From: Squalus acanthias
Taxonomy: Eukaryota
NCBI GenBank assembly: GCA_030390025.1
Contig: CM059432.1
Coordinates: 104,968,001 to 105,032,000 of the forward strand
DNA: 64,000 bases
Direction: 5' to 3'
Every line of letters begins with the position of its first letter. Position 1 is the first letter of the stretch. The translations under genes were made by a program, and so were the position numbers. This document shows, one piece after another, positions 63,240-64,000 of the stretch. The notes beneath the pieces are model-generated. The model had not been told where the DNA came from. It searched no databases and saw only the letters and a program-made list of their open reading frames with translations.

Positions 63240-64000
63240 CTAGAAGCGGCTTGCTATCAGCCGTTGACGGACGGCCCTTGCAGTTTCACCATTGTGGGCC
63301 GCCCTCCCGCCTTGGTGCTGCTGATGATCATCCTCCTCGTCCTCTTCCTCCTCTTCCTCCTCCTCCTCTGGTGGTGCTCCAAGGCCTGGTGGCATTGGCT
63401 GGGTCCTGACGATTGCCATGTTATGCAACATGCAGCACACAACTACGAAGTTGGATACTCGCTCAGGCGAGTACTGCAGGGCTCCTCCAGAATGGTCGAG
63501 ACAGCGGAACCGTTGCTTCAGCACGCCGATTGTGCGCTCAATTATGTTCCTGGTAGCTTGATGGCTCTCGTTGTACCGCAGCTCAGCAGGGGTGTTGGGC
63601 GTACGGAGCGGTGTCATCAGCCAGGTGCTCAATGGATACCCCTTGTCCCCGAGAAGCCAACCAACTGGCTGATGCGGTGCCTCGAAAAGTTCTGCCACAG
63701 TAGTCTGGCGCAGGATGAAAGCATCGTGGCAGCTGCCAGGATAGTGGGCATTGACAGCGAGTATCAGCTGTCTGTGGTCACAGACCAACTGAACATTCAA
63801 GGAATGGAACCCCTTTCTGTTCCGGAAATCCTCGGCATTCTCATGCGGAGCACGCAAAGCCACATGCGTGCAGTCAATGGCGCCCTGCACCATGGGGAAG
63901 CCCGCTATCCTCGCAAAGCCCAGAGCGCGGTCACGCTGCTTGTCTGGGGTCATGGGGAAAGAGATGACCTCTCGTCTCCTTTTAAAGAGGGCATTTGTGA
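63240..64000 (-). CDS. PIF/Harbinger (HARBI1-like) DDE transposase, 5' part outside the window
   Basis: GAIDCTH, NRKGFHSLNVQLVCD, GSCHDAFIL, LGDKGYP, IERTIGVLKQRFRCL. Frame is open to the window edge. Confidence 0.95.
   Translation of the reverse strand, partial: TNALFKRRREVISFPMTPDKQRDRALGFARIAGFPMVQGAIDCTHVALRAPHENAEDFRNRKGFHSLNVQLVCDHRQLILAVNAHYPGSCHDAFILRQTTVAELFEAPHQPVGWLLGDKGYPLSTWLMTPLRTPNTPAELRYNESHQATRNIIERTIGVLKQRFRCLDHSGGALQYSPERVSNFVVVCCMLHNMAIVRTQPMPPGLGAPPEEEEEEEEEDEEDDHQQHQGGRAAHNGETARAVRQRLIASRF

Larger units (their letters stand above)
60751..64000. mobile_element. Two-gene PIF/Harbinger transposon (F), runs off the window
   Basis: Left TIR gggggaaaaatt after ata. Convergent Myb/SANT and DDE transposase genes. 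Confidence 0.93.

Noticed and set aside
63240..64000. Domesticated host HARBI1 gene
   Set aside because: It lies within a TIR-bounded element with a Myb partner and a related MITE, so it is a transposon copy.
1..64000. CRISPR arrays, rRNA, true tRNA genes or prokaryotic operons
   Set aside because: None seen. tRNA-like boxes belong to SINE heads and the sequence is vertebrate.

Overview
Vertebrate genomic DNA. The repeat families suggest a cartilaginous fish (shark), which is an inference. The only host gene is the large first coding exon of an EXT1-family heparan-sulfate polymerase (minus strand, 33797-32839, GT donor at 32838). It has a CpG-island, TATA-less promoter at about 34.6-34.7 kb and several upstream ORFs. 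Positions 1-32838 are its intron 1, carrying scattered SINE, L2, CR1 and MITE copies. Most of the sequence upstream of the promoter (34.8-64 kb) is nested mobile DNA. (i) A near-full CR1 is split by an uninterrupted Penelope-like RT/GIY-YIG element that carries a minimal hammerhead ribozyme. (ii) A second CR1 hosts a younger CR1 and a Harbinger-type MITE, and an internally deleted Tx1-type retrotransposon sits inside that MITE's terminal inverted repeat with an 11-bp TSD. (iii) There is a decayed Harbinger transposase. (iv) A two-gene PIF/Harbinger element (spliced Myb/SANT gene plus DDE transposase) lies end-to-end with a related MITE, both inserted in a CR1 tail microsatellite. Most short ORFs in the supplied track are spurious.
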